A DNA stretch of 64,000 bases from Paragordius varius (Eukaryota; Animalia; Nematomorpha), in contig OZ176056.1 of NCBI GenBank assembly GCA_964247055.1, forward strand, positions 8,370,001 through 8,434,000, read 5' to 3'. How positions within the stretch are numbered: position 1 is the stretch's first letter; every line of letters starts with the position of its first letter. The notes beneath the pieces are model-generated. The model made no database searches and was not told the DNA's origin. It was given only the letters and a program-made list of their open reading frames with translations. A program made the translations under genes and the position numbers. Positions 1 through 13,532 of this stretch are shown here, piece after piece.

Positions 1-891
1 GTGTAGCCACTTTTAGTATAATTTACTGTTGTGGGGTTGGACCATTTGTATATACCTAATTTATATTCAATTTAATTGTAGAATTTATCTAATTTTATTC
101 TGTAAATTGGTTAATTTGACATGTCAATTTGCCACGATTTTGCTTGCAAGTCTCTCTTATCGGACTTTACGATTACTTATTGTTATCTTTGCCATATCTG
201 GCATAATTATAGGATCGCTTGGGGGATATGCAGAGCTTGTGCAGCCGCCCATATGTATCACACTATACATAAGCCCCTTTTAAATTTTTAACATTTTGGC
301 TCTTAGCTTGTTTAGTATCTTATTTAATGCCTCGAATTTGTTATCCATGCATGGAATATCACTTGTATCGACTTGCTTGTTTGAATATTTAAACATATGT
401 ACACGAGGAATGATTGTTATTTTTGAATTAAATGCAAATTTATAAAATAAATTTTGGAAAAATCCTATTGGTGGCCTCAATTTTCTTTTTTGTTTTGGCC
501 TTTCCATGCCATTAGGTATCAGAAAATGCAAAAATAATGGGGTGGTGCAAAACCTTGTTGACCAGTGTAATGCAAATGCAAAAATGTAGATAATTGAGGG
601 ATACAATAATTAACAATTAATATATTTCTTGATAATAATAAAGCTTCTTTTTGTAATTGCCATTCAAATTATCTTATTATATCAAATCTCATACAATTAT
701 TAATTAAATAAATTTTATTTTATTATATATTAATAAGATATTCACATAAAGAAAGATAAAAATTATTTAACAACAAAAATTTTGAGCAAATTAACAACAA
801 GCCTGAATCTTAGATCGTATATATTTAAATAATTTTTCATAAAAATTAAATAATTAGTGGCGCAGTATAAATATACTTATTAAAAGTAAAA

Positions 892-1168
892 ACAGTAAGA
901 ATTGTATACCAAAAAATAAAATTATAAAGACATGTATTTTTTCTAAAATACAACCATACTTTTTTATCTTTATTTTTTTTTAATGTAACACATTGTTTTA
1001 AACTCCAATTATAAAATAGATATATATATTAGTAATACAATCAATTACATATTTTACTATTGTTATTAAGTTTTTAATAGGTTAAATTAGGAATCGAAAA
1101 AGTATGGTTGTCTTTTGGAAAATTTTATATTTTTACGTTTTGTCTGTGCAAATTCTATTTTTACTGTA
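892..1168. mobile_element. Tc1/mariner-like MITE family A
   Basis: About 90-bp TIRs of consensus TA-CAGTAAAAATTGAAATTATACGGACAAAA...AAAAGACAACCATACTTTTT; the left TIR is degenerate in this copy. Confidence 0.6.
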
Positions 1169-1597
1169 TCATTAGTTAAATTATCCTGGTTCAAGTATTG
1201 ATCCAACCAGGGCCCACATTGGTATCCCCGATTTCGAAGATTATCTTAAGGTATATAATCAATTTTAAAATTTTATATAAATTTATTTTTTTAATATATA
1301 TATATATATTGAAAATAATTCATGTTTTGTAATTTTAGACGACATGCAGTGAAGGGAAAAACATACGTGCACGGAATTTGTAATTATATATACTGATGAT
1401 TAATATGTTTTTGTCTTGGTTATTATTCATTAGGAATAAAGGATAAAATCCATAAAAAATTATTACATTCATAGGTGTGTTTAAGGCAAAACTACGATAG
1501 GAAAATAATGAAAAAAACAAAGACTAAATCATTTTTTAATAAATTATTTTATAAATATTGAGATAGATATTAAATACAAATACTATTTAATTATAAT

Positions 1598-1968
1598 AAC
1601 AGTTGTTAAAATCCGTAATATATAATTTCATTTAATTCTATTTAATTTTAGGCTCACCCCTAGATAATTTTCAGTTTATTTTCAAATTTTCAGTTTAATT
1701 TTCATAAATTACATTAAATTTAATTTAAATTCGTATAACCAACTGCATTTATACCAAAATTACAAAGTTGGATATATATACGAAATCGATATGTGAAAAC
1801 CCCAAGTAGTCAAATAGTTGTGTCGTACTGATGAGTGCTAACAAGCACGAAACTAGTCTGCGATTACTATTGACGAAGGGTTTCACATATAGTTTATAAT
1901 TTCTATTTATAATTTCATTTAATTCTATTTAATTATCCTTTATCGTTATACGGATTTTAACAACTGTT
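1598..1968. mobile_element. CAGT-ended MITE (separate family)
   Basis: Inverted repeat ATAACAGTTGTTAAAATCCGTA / TACGGATTTTAACAACTGTTAT. Confidence 0.55.
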
Positions 1969-2256
1969 ATTACAAAACATAACCAATCCGTTAATTACCA
2001 TTACTGCTTCTCAAAGACATACGTATAATGAGTTATATATATTAAATGGCAGGTCGGGGGAATAGGGGGTGTCTTTATTTTATATATTTTAATTATATAA
2101 AAATATTTTTGTGTTTTGTAGAATTTTTACAGTGCTGGCCACGTCTTTGGAAGTAGCTGATAGATATAATTGTACTCCGAATGTTATTGAATATATACCC
2201 TGTAATTTAACTACCCATAAAAAATTTAATAATAAATAATTTTCACACATTCTTTG

Positions 2257-2290
<34 letters not shown>

Positions 2291-2297
<7 letters not shown>

Positions 2298-2556
2298 ATT
2301 TAAATTCAAAATCACCCTTGAACAATTCCGATTTCCCCTTGAACAATTTAAATTCACCCTTGATCAATTCAAAACCCTAAAAATAATGCGTTTTCGGAAT
2401 AATGTAACTTACTATTAATGCGAAATATATCTTTATGAGTTATTTTTTTAATTTTTCAATATTATTTTAACATTAAACAAAATTTGATTTTATTAGAAGA
2501 ATAATAAAATATTTACAACTCATAATTTATTTTAGGGTGAATTTGTTAAATGGTAT
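2291..2556. mobile_element. MITE family B (TATACCATTT ends, ~22-bp subterminal repeats)
   Basis: Tandem TTGAACAATTCAAATTCACCC units in the left arm; ends GGGTGAATTTG...AAATGGTATA. Confidence 0.65.
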
Positions 2557-3399
2557 ATATAATATTTATAATTGATCCTAGGAAATATTAAATGACTTTC
2601 ATAAAAATTAAATTAAAGTTATGATAGGTGACTTGTATTAAGAAAGAAAAGAGTTATGTTAGTCTGAAAATTGTGAGATAATTAGGTTATCTAATTAAAT
2701 ATTATAAAGTATTAAATTTACATTAATGATGATTATTTATTGTTTTAAAACCAGTTAATATTATAAAACAAACCTTTTGATGGATCACACTAGTCGACAA
2801 TTATGGACTTTTTCGAGCACCACAAATCAATACTTTAGGTTTGACTTTCAGTGTTCGAATACCGAATCTGAAATAAATTTTGATCCCCCCAATCAGAATT
2901 TTGAATCACAGCAGGTTTTTCAACTTTTCAAAAACAAATCAAATATAATAATAAAAAGTTATTATTTTATAAAATTAATACCATTTAATAAAGCGTTTTA
3001 AACTCTATCTGAATATTCAAACGGGTTTAAACGTTATAATTTAATGTTTTTTTAAAGCTAATTTTAAACACGTATAATATTAAATACTAAAAGAAGCATC
3101 TTGTGGTTTAAATCTTCGAGCTAGAGTGTATTTATTTTTTGCTAATTTTGGTTATTTTTATACTTATTAGTGTTTTCCATTCGGTTAATTCTTACAAAAA
3201 ACTTTGTTTATTATACCTAGTGGATATAATTTATTTTTTAAACTTGGATGCGGCACGTTGAGCAGCCAATTTTACATGAGTGATGGATATCTTATCATAC
3301 TGTTATGAGCTACAATAGAACCACTTGTACTTATCTTCTATTCTTATCCGATTTAATGGTGAATTTGTATAACTCTGAATCGGTTGATTTGACACGTCA

Positions 3400-3595
3400 A
3401 TTTCCCTGGATTTTGCTGAAGTTAGCTTAAACATATTATCTGCAGATCTCTTCTACTGGGCTCTACGATCACCTAATTTTATACCCTTTGCCATATCTGG
3501 CATAATTATAGGAGCGCTTGGGGGATGTTAATTTGAAGAGCTTGTGCAAGCAGCCGGATCTATCACACCATACACTAACCCCTTTAGATTTTTAA
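3400..3595. repeat. Diverged direct copy of 115-295
   Basis: Shares GCCATATCTGGCATAATTATAGGA.CGCTTGGGGGA and GAGCTTGTGCA with 190-245. Confidence 0.65.
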
Positions 3596-3703
3596 TACTA
3601 CGACTTATAGCTTTTAATTTTTTTTAATTCTATATTCTTAAAGTTTCGATCCTCTTTTATTTGATTCAGAGAATGTTAATTAATATATTCAATAAATTGA
3701 ATA

Positions 3704-4267
3704 TTAACACTTCAATTTAAATTGGTATCTAAACACCCCAGACTAAATTTAAATTAATACTTTTAAAAAACTACGGAAGGAAACGGTCCCAATTCAAATT
3801 TATGCTTCTATCCTGATAAAAATTATATAAATATGCCAAAATATCTTGATTTTGTTTTGACAAAAAAATTTCATCTCAAACTACTTCGACGCCATTTTTA
3901 TTTTAAAATTTTTGCAAAATATCGTCTTCATTGAATTTTAAGGGTAAAACTAAAGCGAATTTTTTATATAAATTACATCTAGCATTGAGAGAAATAGAAA
4001 AAGCGGTTTATTTTGTATTATTGTTTAATTTTACAATTTGACACATGTCACGTTGACGAAATTTTTACCTTTAGGTTTTAGATTAAAATTTTGAATAAAA
4101 TTTTTAATATACTTCGGTTTATCAATGTTATATAAGTGTGAAATTTTGCCATAGTTTCGATTCCTTCCATACTTTTTAAAATATTTGATTTTATACAGGC
4201 CTGGGGTTTCCAACTATCCCAATTTGAATCGAAGGACTAAAATGAGTGTGTTGTATTCAAGTGTTAA
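3704..4267 (+). mobile_element. piggyBac-like MITE (TTAA target), copy 1
   Basis: Bounded by TTAA-CACTT ... AAGTG-TTAA, with a subterminal inverted repeat; collinear with 49841-50427. Confidence 0.7.
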
Positions 4268-5010
4268 TATTGTAATTGTCTATTTCTATGTCTAACAGGC
4301 CCGCTCGATAAGACATGTGTCTGTACAAAAGAAATAATAAACCTTCAGCAGCGATTTCGGACAGTTTATATTTTTTAATATAAAGATCGACGGTATTTTA
4401 CTATAAAAGTATCATTATATGGCTCATCGATAAACTCATTTTCTGTAGATTCTTCTTTAATAAAAAAATCTTCTGTGGTATCGTATATTGGGTCTGGTAT
4501 ATTTGGAGCATTTTTGCATTTTCGTTCTAAAATTATAATGAAAAACCTGGCTTTGGAATGCCACTTGTATTGATTAACTCGTTTAAAAATATTTAAATAT
4601 GTATATAAAAAATAATTGTTTTAAGCTATAAAATCGATTATAATTAATTTTGTAGCTTTAAATATGCCCCAAGCCTTCCGTATTATTAAAGGTTTTTTAT
4701 ATTTGTTGACATAAAAATTATTAAGTTGTTTAAAATTTATTTCAAATTTCTCAAAACAAAATCATTGTTCAAAATGGTTAGATATGAGCATAATTGCTAC
4801 GCCTGAGAATATTCATCTAAGCCAGGGCTACTTAAACTAGGGGTCGCGTAGCAAAATTATGGGGTCGCGACTAATAAAAATACATTTTTAAAAAAAATGT
4901 TTTTAACTTGTAAAATTATTGTTATAAAGAAAAATAAAACTCATCGTAGATAAATTCATAAAATCTTCTGGTTCGGAAAGACTGTTTATACCAGCATTTC
5001 GACATTATAA

Positions 5011-7292
5011 TCTATATAATTATAAAAATGGAAAATGTTGGCTTTGTAATCTATTTTCGGAAAATCGGTAGACCCATTCAAATCCAATGTCATAAAATAT
5101 AATCATTAATGAATGCCCCGACAATAGCTTCGCCTTTTTTGTACCTCTGGCCCACCCCGTGTAAATAACGGGTATTTTCGAAAACAGAAGTCCAGAAAAA
5201 TCGTGTCTTTGAGACAATATTTGGAAAACGTGTTGTACCATTCGATTTCAAACATGATTATTTATACTTTTTTCGATTGCGCCTAACATAGTCGGCTTAC
5301 TTTTTTAAATTAGGCTCTCTTTTTACCCGTTCCGCCCGTAAAATGCCATTTTTTTTTAAAAAAAACCAAATAATTTTTCCCCAGTGTATGAGACCGTTAA
5401 AATTTACTGAGGATTCAAGTTATTCTCTGTTAAAAGACAAAAATTTTAGTCTTGCGTTTTTTTATATTGGCTGCTGGGTAAGGAGAAACTGCCCCATCAT
5501 ATGGAAATAGCGTGCCTTTGGGGTTAAATTTCAAATAACCTATCAGGCCATATCAGTTCAATAGGTGTTTAAATTTTACCTATAACAAGGCAAAAATTTA
5601 GGTCGTACGATTTTTTATTCACGCCCTGAAAAATACGCCACTATAGAATGATTTTTTAGTTCTAAGGCAATTTTTCCAAAAATTAATGAGAGCATATGGA
5701 ATCAATAATGATTCCAGGTATTTCCTTAAAAACGCAAAAATTTTAATCAAGCGCTTTTTTGTATCAGCCTCTTGGTACGGAGACTACCCTCCTAAAACTG
5801 CGCCACCATATCGAAATTGCGTTGTTTGGAAGTTAATTTTCAAAAAACTTATCAGGCCACATAAGTTTAATATAGGCCTGAAATATCACCAAAGTTAAAA
5901 ATTTAAATCCAGCGGTCTTATTAGCCGTTAATTAGGCCCTTTACGCCCTAAAAATGCGCTATCATTGAACTATTATTTAGTTTCGAAGCCATTCCAAAAA
6001 CTATTAACAATAGGAATGAATGATGATTCCAGTTATTACCCTATAAAGGAAAAATTTCTTACGAACGTCTTTTTAATATTGGCCTCTGGGTAGGGGGCTA
6101 CCCGCCAACAACTGTACCACCATATCGATACAGCGTGACTTTGGAGGCAAATTTATTTAAAAATGATCTGGCCATATGAGTTCAATATGAGCTTGAAATA
6201 TTACCCTAAAAAGGTAAAAATTTGAGTAGAGCGGTTTTATTAAATTACCCCTTAATTAAACCCTTGCCTTGAAATGACTTTTTGGTTTTGAGGTACCACG
6301 AGAGCATATGGAATCAATCATGATTCCAGGTTATACCCGAATTAAGGCAAAATATTTATTCGAACGTGTTTCGCCTGGTTAGAGGCCACCCGCGTAAAAC
6401 TGCGTCCCCATCTCGATACAGCGTGCCTTTGGAGCCAAATATCAGAATACCTATGAGTCTAATAGGAACAATGGATTTCATGATAATTCCAGATAATCCC
6501 CATATGAGGGCAAAAACCAGCGCTTTTTTATACCTGCCATGGGTTAGGAGCTACCTGTTAAAAACGGCGCCACTATATAGAAATTGCGTTGTTTTGGAGC
6601 TAATATACAGAAAATTTATGAACCCATATGAGCTTATTAAAACGAAATATTACCCGTAACTAGGTATTAAGGACGGGTTTTTTATTAGTCCATAATTTGC
6701 GGCATAACCCTAAAACGCCATCATATAACGAAGTGTTGTATTTTTTCGAATAACCATGAGATGATGGTATCAAAGATGATTCCAAATTGCCCTATAAAGG
6801 CAAAGAATTTAACTCAGCGCTTTTTCATATAGATCTATGGGCAGGGGTCTACCATTTTAAAACTGAGGCGCCATACAAAATAGGCATAGTTTTGGAGCTA
6901 ATTTTCAAAAAACTTAAGAAGCCATACGAGTTCAGTTAAACACATTTCTGGAGAGTTTGTATAATATCATTCTTTCTTTTAAAAAGGGACCACAAATGAT
7001 TTTCTTTTTATATTCCTTGATCCCAACTGTGTGAACATAATTTCAAAATAAACTTTTTTAAAATAAATCCGAAGATAGTTGAATATTTTTTATAAGCAGT
7101 TTAAATATGGTCAATTTTGAGTAAACAATATTGAGCCTATACAAAAACCCGTAAAAGAATAATTAAAGACACTCTTTTTATTAAATATGTTTTTTTTGTT
7201 TTTTTATCTCCATTAACTCTATTTATTGCAAAATATTAAAGAATAATTTTCGGTGAGACTACGCCACATCGAAGCGTGACAGGGACAGCTAG
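5011..7292 (+). mobile_element. Non-autonomous Helitron
   Basis: 5' end A|TCTATATAATTATAAAAATGG. 3' end has a hairpin (GCCACATCGAAGCGTGAC) followed by AGGGACAGCTAG|T. It sits between A and T with no TSD. About six degenerate 150-300 bp internal repeats, no Rep/helicase ORF. Confidence 0.8.
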
Positions 7293-7922
7293 TATTGTAT
7301 AGATTTATTATGAATTAGAAAATGTTATAAAAATTCATAAAAAATGTAGTTTTATTAATCCCCTTCACAGCACTTCACGCGGCATTCATTAAAAATTTGA
7401 TGTTTAATATACAAATAAAATATATAATTAGTTTGATTTTAGGTTTAATATTTTTATATACTTTTTTTATCATTTTCTTGATGTTTATAATATTCCTTTA
7501 ATATTACTTCTTTGGGATTTATTTTGAGTAAGATAACGATTATGTTAAGAAAAATAGGATTGTCACTCTATTTTACAAAAAAACTAAGTTTTTTATCAAT
7601 AATTAATAGGTTCATTAGTAATTTAACTTGTTCAAATGTCTTATTTACACCTGGGTTTAAGCGTTTAAAAGTTATAATTTTTAGGATAATTGGTGTTTTC
7701 CAATAATCCCCAAAAGTTAAATTTTAGAGTCTGTTAATTTTTTTGAAACAATTTTATTTAACACCAAAGACTAATTTTAATACGTTTTGACACATGAAAC
7801 TGTATAGTTTTTAGTAATGCCGTAAAGATTCATCCAACACACATTTAGTGCCGTTTGGGCTAACTTTGCCTTCAATAGGTAAACATTAGCTTAAATATTA
7901 AACTGCTTATTTTCTGTTTATT

Positions 7923-8152
7923 AACAGTCATATCTTTTATTTTATCAAAAATTTATTTTTTCACCTTAAATGGGTATACGTATTTGGTAAAGAATGGAAA
8001 AACAAGAGCTCTATGGTATTAACAATATCATATTTATCAAAAAATTATAAGAATTACCATAGAGATCTTGTTTTTTCCATTCTTTGCCAAATACTTATAC
8101 CCATTAAACAAAAAAAAATAAATTTTTGATAAAAAAAGGAGATATGACTGTA
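7923..8152. mobile_element. Fold-back (hairpin) MITE family E, copy 1
   Basis: Arms of about 95 bp around a loop of about 35 nt; ends CAGTCATATC ... GATATGACTG-TA. Confidence 0.7.
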
Positions 8153-8844
8153 AATTAAATTATTTTTATGTTAATAGCTTAAATTATCATGGTGAATTAC
8201 GATATATAGCAAAGGTTATGGAAATTCCCTAAAAACACAATATAAATTTTTCGTACTTTCAGAGTTAGAGTAAGTATTACATGATAGAAGCAAAACGTAA
8301 ATACCAAGGACAATTTTTTCCTTAAAGAGACAACCATAAATATTTTTTTGCTATATTTAAATAATACAATTAAGTCTTACCAATTTACTATTTCGGCAAT
8401 TTAAAACAAAAGCAATATCAAAAATTAAGTAAGTTGATTTACAAAGTTGATTGTAATAAATATTTTTGTATTTATCTATATTTCCATGGTAATTTAAATT
8501 TTTACTGTACTAGGTGTAATCATAAACACGCTTTTTTTCAAAGTTAATGAATTTCTCGTTTTTAAATAATTGTCATCGGCTACTAATGTTTAATATAGGA
8601 ATGTCATGCCAGAAAAACCGATTGTCGTTTGCGGAAAACCATTCCTCATTCCATTTCATAACGTTTTCCGGATATTCTTGAAGTACTTATCTGACTCAGT
8701 ATTCCGTTGTTGCACAGATTTAAAAATGAGCTAAGCGTGGTCAGGAGAGTACATCCCGGATGCGGAATTCCCTATGAAGTTTATGGTGGTTCGTTCTTCT
8801 GAAGACTGATTGGCATAAGGCTTTGATTACATGGTTTAATTAAA

Positions 8845-9378
8845 TATACCATTTGCGCTTCAAGTGGGTCCTTAAACACTTCGATTTGGTCCTTGAACAT
8901 TTCAAGGTTAAATTTTAATTTAACCATAATTTTTGCATTTATTTTACGCTTTTATTTTTAACCAATTTTCTTTTATTATATATATATATATATATTCAAA
9001 AATATTACTTTTTATTCTAAAACCTCTTTTTGGTTTCAAACTATTTTTTTCAATGAAAAATTGTAAATAATCCAGAAAAATTATATGTTTTTGATTACGT
9101 GTTAAAATCTCATAAATATCTAAAATAATTTATAAGAAATAATGAAATACGGTTTCTGAATGATTTAAAAATTGATATTGTTTTAAAATTTATGTTAAAT
9201 AATAGAAAATAGGTTAAAAATGATAAAATAGATAAATGATATACTTAATTAATAAAATTTAAAAACTAAACAAAAAAATCAAAGGACCAACTTGAAGTTT
9301 TCAAGGACCAACTTAGAATGTTCAAGGACCCACTTGAAGTGTTCAAACCAACTTCACTCTTGAAGTGCAAACGCTATA
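8845..9378. mobile_element. MITE family C (TATACCATTTGC ends, ~21-bp subterminal repeats)
   Basis: Left arm GTCCTTGAACACTTCAAGTTG-type repeats; inverted copies (CAAGGACCAACTTGAAG) in the right arm. Confidence 0.65.
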
Positions 9379-11231
9379 TTTGTTGGCGATAGTGTTGGAA
9401 ATTAACGATTGGCATTCAATCATAAGTCATAGGACACAATACGCTCTGATACATTGAATAAATATCATCGTTTTGCAGGAGCAATATAGCCCTGTTATAG
9501 ATTAAACTGACTTGACAAAATAAAAGCCACGATTTTTTCAACCTTAGATTTAAAAAAATTGAACTTACACTTTACAGTTCCATGCAAAAATAATTTCTTT
9601 TCATGGATTAAAATCAAGAATTTACAATTTGATAATCAATTTGTATGTTACCCATTTACCGGGTTTATCGGTTTTCCCATATATTTTACCAATTGTTAAG
9701 TATAAGCTGGGTCGTAGTTGTCTTATACATTTAAAAATGCCCACACTTTAAAAGCTCTAATTTTCAAACCAATGAACAATTAAAATGTTCAAATTACTTT
9801 CAACCAGCAAACGATAAATTTCAACAGCCCTTGTCTTGTTTTGAATTTGAAATACAACAATATGGTCAATTGTTTTTTTCTGGCACAAAATTCGACATGA
9901 TTCCTATGAATAATAAAGTTGAAACGCTAATTTTTGACAAAATTAACTGAGAGTTTGTCGTTTAATGAGGCATAAAGGAGCATGTCTTACGTCATTTCAT
10001 AGTTAAATCGGTAATTATGGGTGTATTTAACTCGCGATCGTTTAATAAAATAGCACAACTTGAACATTGAAAAACACAAAGATAATTTTTGTAAGGGCGT
10101 ATTCTTGCAATCAAATATTACGAGATACAAAAATCATACGCTTACTTTTATCAGATTATAGGGAGCAGCAATAGATTGCGTAAATTATAAGGGTAAAATT
10201 AAATTTTTTTTATAAAATACAAGGGTAGTATATAACATCTCATCTTAGACAAAGTGAGATAGGCTGTTTTTCGCAGTACAGTACTGGGTTTTCGAAAAAA
10301 AACCGCGCCTGTAGTGCGCTGACTTTTGTACTGATTTTTGAAATAATTTTTTTTTAAAAAAATAAGTCTTAATTACCTTAGTTTATACAATTTTTTTTGT
10401 AGAATTTGATAGATACCCTTTGTTGAAATAAAAATAAATGGTTCCTTTTGTGGTAAAAAACTATGGCCTTTTTTGATTTTAATATTTTATTTTCTGTTCC
10501 TTTACATGTAATTGGGATTTGGACCGGTCAAATCGCTTATAAAGGCAGCCATTCGCAGTGGCGGAACTATAAATATCAGACTGCAGATTTAGGCTAATGG
10601 CCTTTAAATAAAAACAAAATAAATTTATATTTTAGTAATTTGATTAAGTTTTGAAACAAACATACCATTATAATATTATTATATATCCATCCATATATTT
10701 AACATATGATATTTTGTATGTACATACATTTATATGTTAAATTTTTAATAAATTTATTTTTTGGATATTTTTAATTGTTTCTAATGAGCTTATAAATAAT
10801 AACGAACAATATCAATCAATTAATATACACACCGAAAATCTAGTGTAAAAAATAGGCAAAGTATGTTTTAATCTTGTACTGCGTCACGGTTCTAAATATC
10901 TGGTCACATTAATCTTAGTTAGGAAAATTTATTTTTCTGGATATATTAGGGAGAATCAGAAACTTTAGGATCCGAAACATTTCAAATGTTTATGACAACA
11001 CAAAGAAACACCCAACTATTTTTAGAATTGAAGAACGGTTAAAAAATAATTTCCTATTTTTTTTAAAAAATGATAATTTTTTATTTTAACATTAATTTTA
11101 TTAAAGATAGTTATTTTAATAGAATGAAAAGTATATATAATAATTTGTGTAGTTTATAAGTTTTACAGTTATATTTAGATGACTAAAAGACAAATATATT
11201 TAAACAGCCATAGATTTTTTAATAAAAAAGC

Positions 11232-11479
11232 ATAGCTGTATATTGAAATTATACGGACACGTAAATATATAAAGACAAATATTTTTATCTAAAAGACAAT
11301 CATACTTTATAAAACGTTTTGTTTCTCCTATAAGCTATTTAGTTACAACTGTTTTCAGACTGATATTTATAACAATAAGTTATATTGAAATAAATCAAGA
11401 TTTAAAAAGTATGGTTGTCTTTTAGAGAAATGTCTTTATATTTTTACATTTTGTTCGTATAATTTCAGTTTTTACTGTA
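11232..11479. mobile_element. MITE family A
   Basis: Both TIRs recognisable; the right end is TTTTTACTG-TA. Confidence 0.7.
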
Positions 11480-11865
11480 AATATATAATTTTAATTTGTA
11501 TATTTTGTGGTTAATTTTTCACATTTATTTAAAATTATATTTTAAAAATTAAACTGTTGTCAGAAATACCTGGGACCATATTTTGAGCACGTATTCGGAT
11601 TAATCATTCCTGTTTTAAGAATATTTAAAATGGTCGAAACCTAAAAGACAACCTGAATTTTATATACATACCCGAGAATCGTGCTTATTTCATATGTTTA
11701 TTGTATAAAATATATATTTTTTTCAAGCTATTTTTAATGCAAAACTTAAAAGTGATTAATGTACAACATTTTAGTGTGTTAATAATAAACAATCTATATT
11801 GGATTAAATATATTAATTTCTTAAAATAGTTGAATGGTTAAAACCAGATCCTATCAATAAATATA

Positions 11866-13532
11866 CTACCTGGCCATATAACGCTTCGCTGTGACGTAGT
11901 CTCAGCGGTAATTATTCTTAATAATTTGCAATAAATAGTAATATAGTAAAATAATGAAAAACATATTTAATAAAAAGAATGTCTTTAGTTATACGAGTAT
12001 TTGCATAGGCTCAAATATTGTTTACTCGAAATTGACCATATTTAATCTGTCTCTTATTGAATATTCAACTATCAGTGGATTTATTTAAAGATTTTCGTTT
12101 TACGAAGTCATGGTCAAAAGTTCTAATTTGAATTGTGTACATACAGCTGGGATCAAGGGATATAAAAAGTAAATCATTTGTGGTCCCTTTTTTAAGGAAA
12201 GAATCATATTATACGAATTCCCCAGAAATGTGTTTAACTGAACTCGCATGGTTTCTTAAGTTTTTTTAAAATTAGCTCCAAAACCACGTTGTTTTTGTAT
12301 GTCTCTGTTTCAAACCGGTAGAACCCTACCCATAGACTATGTGGAAAAGCGCTGAGTTAAATTCTTTGCCCATATAGGGCAAATATTTGGAATCGTCTTT
12401 GATACCATCGTCTCATGGGTTATTGGAAAAAATACCTTAATACTAAATAATCGTTATATGATGGCGTATTTTTAAGGGCAAAAAGGCCCCAAATTAACGA
12501 CTCATTAAAAAACGCCGGACTTTTTTTTATCTAGTTGCGGGTAATATTCCAAAACAACGCGATATCTATATAGTGGCGCAGTTTTTCAGGTATCCCCTTA
12601 CCCAGGGGCAAGTATAAAAAAGCGTTAAGCGAAATTTTGCCTTTATATGGGGAATATCTGGAATTATCATGGATTCCATATGTTCCCATAAGACACATTG
12701 GTTTTCTCAAATTTGGCTCCAAAGGCATGCTGTATCGACGGTGTCGCAGTTTTATGCGTATCCCCCTAAACAGGGGCAAAACAAAAAACAGTCGATTAAT
12801 TCCGGTAATTAAAATCAGGACTCATTCCATATGCTCGCATTGGTTTTCGGAAAAATTGCCTCAAAACTAAAAAATTATTCTATGGTGGCGCATTTTTTCA
12901 GGGCGTGAAGGGACTAATTAACGGATAATTTTAATAAACCGCACTCCCTATATTTTTGCTTTGTTAAGGGTTAAATTTTAAGCACCTATTGAACTCATAT
13001 GGCCTGATAGGTTTTCTGAAATTTAGCCCCAAAGGCACGCTATTTCGATATGACGGGTCAGTTTTTAGCGAGTAACTCCTTACCCAGCAGCCAATATAAA
13101 AAACGCACGACTAAAATTTTTGCCTTTCAACAGGGAATACCTGGAATCCTTATTTACGGTCTCATACTTTGGGCGAAAAATAGATTCAAAAAATTATTTT
13201 TGTGGACTATTTTTTTTGGAAAATGGCATTTTAAGCCGACGACTATGTTCGGCGCAATCAAAAAAAGTAAAAAAAATCATATTTAAAATCGAATGGTCCA
13301 ACACTTTTTCCCCAAAATTGTCTCAAAGACACGATATTTGTGGACTTCAGTTTTCAAAAAACCCGTTTTTTACACAGGGTGGGCCCGAATTGGGGGCTTG
13401 ATTCAAAAAAGGGCGAAGCTATTGTCGGGGCATTCCTTAATGATTATATTTTTTTGACATTTGGATTGGGTCTATCGGTTTTCTGGAAACAGATCACAAA
13501 GCCACCACTTTCCATTTTTTTATATATATAGA
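11866..13532 (-). mobile_element. Non-autonomous Helitron, second copy of the same family
   Basis: Reverse complement of 5011-7292 with fewer internal repeats. 5' end A|TCTATATATATATAAAAAATGG at 13532; 3' end GTCACAGCGAAGCGTTATATGGCCAGGTAG|T at 11866. Confidence 0.78.

Noticed and set aside
280-606. 108-aa minus-strand ORF as a host gene
   Set aside because: No recognisable motif or splice-consistent partner exons; it adjoins a duplicated, stop-containing segment.
4820-4872. hAT-like terminus CAGGGCTACTTAAACT...GGGGTCGCGA
   Set aside because: No convincing matching right end or 8-bp TSD found.
8560-8830. Locally GC-richer island
   Set aside because: The frames I translated have stops and no recognisable motif, and I saw no tRNA or snRNA structure; probably an old TE fragment.
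5020-13531. Listed ORFs of 60-97 aa at 5020-6659 and 12531-13531
   Set aside because: They lie in Helitron internal repeats, have no Rep/helicase motifs, and are not conserved in frame between the two copies.
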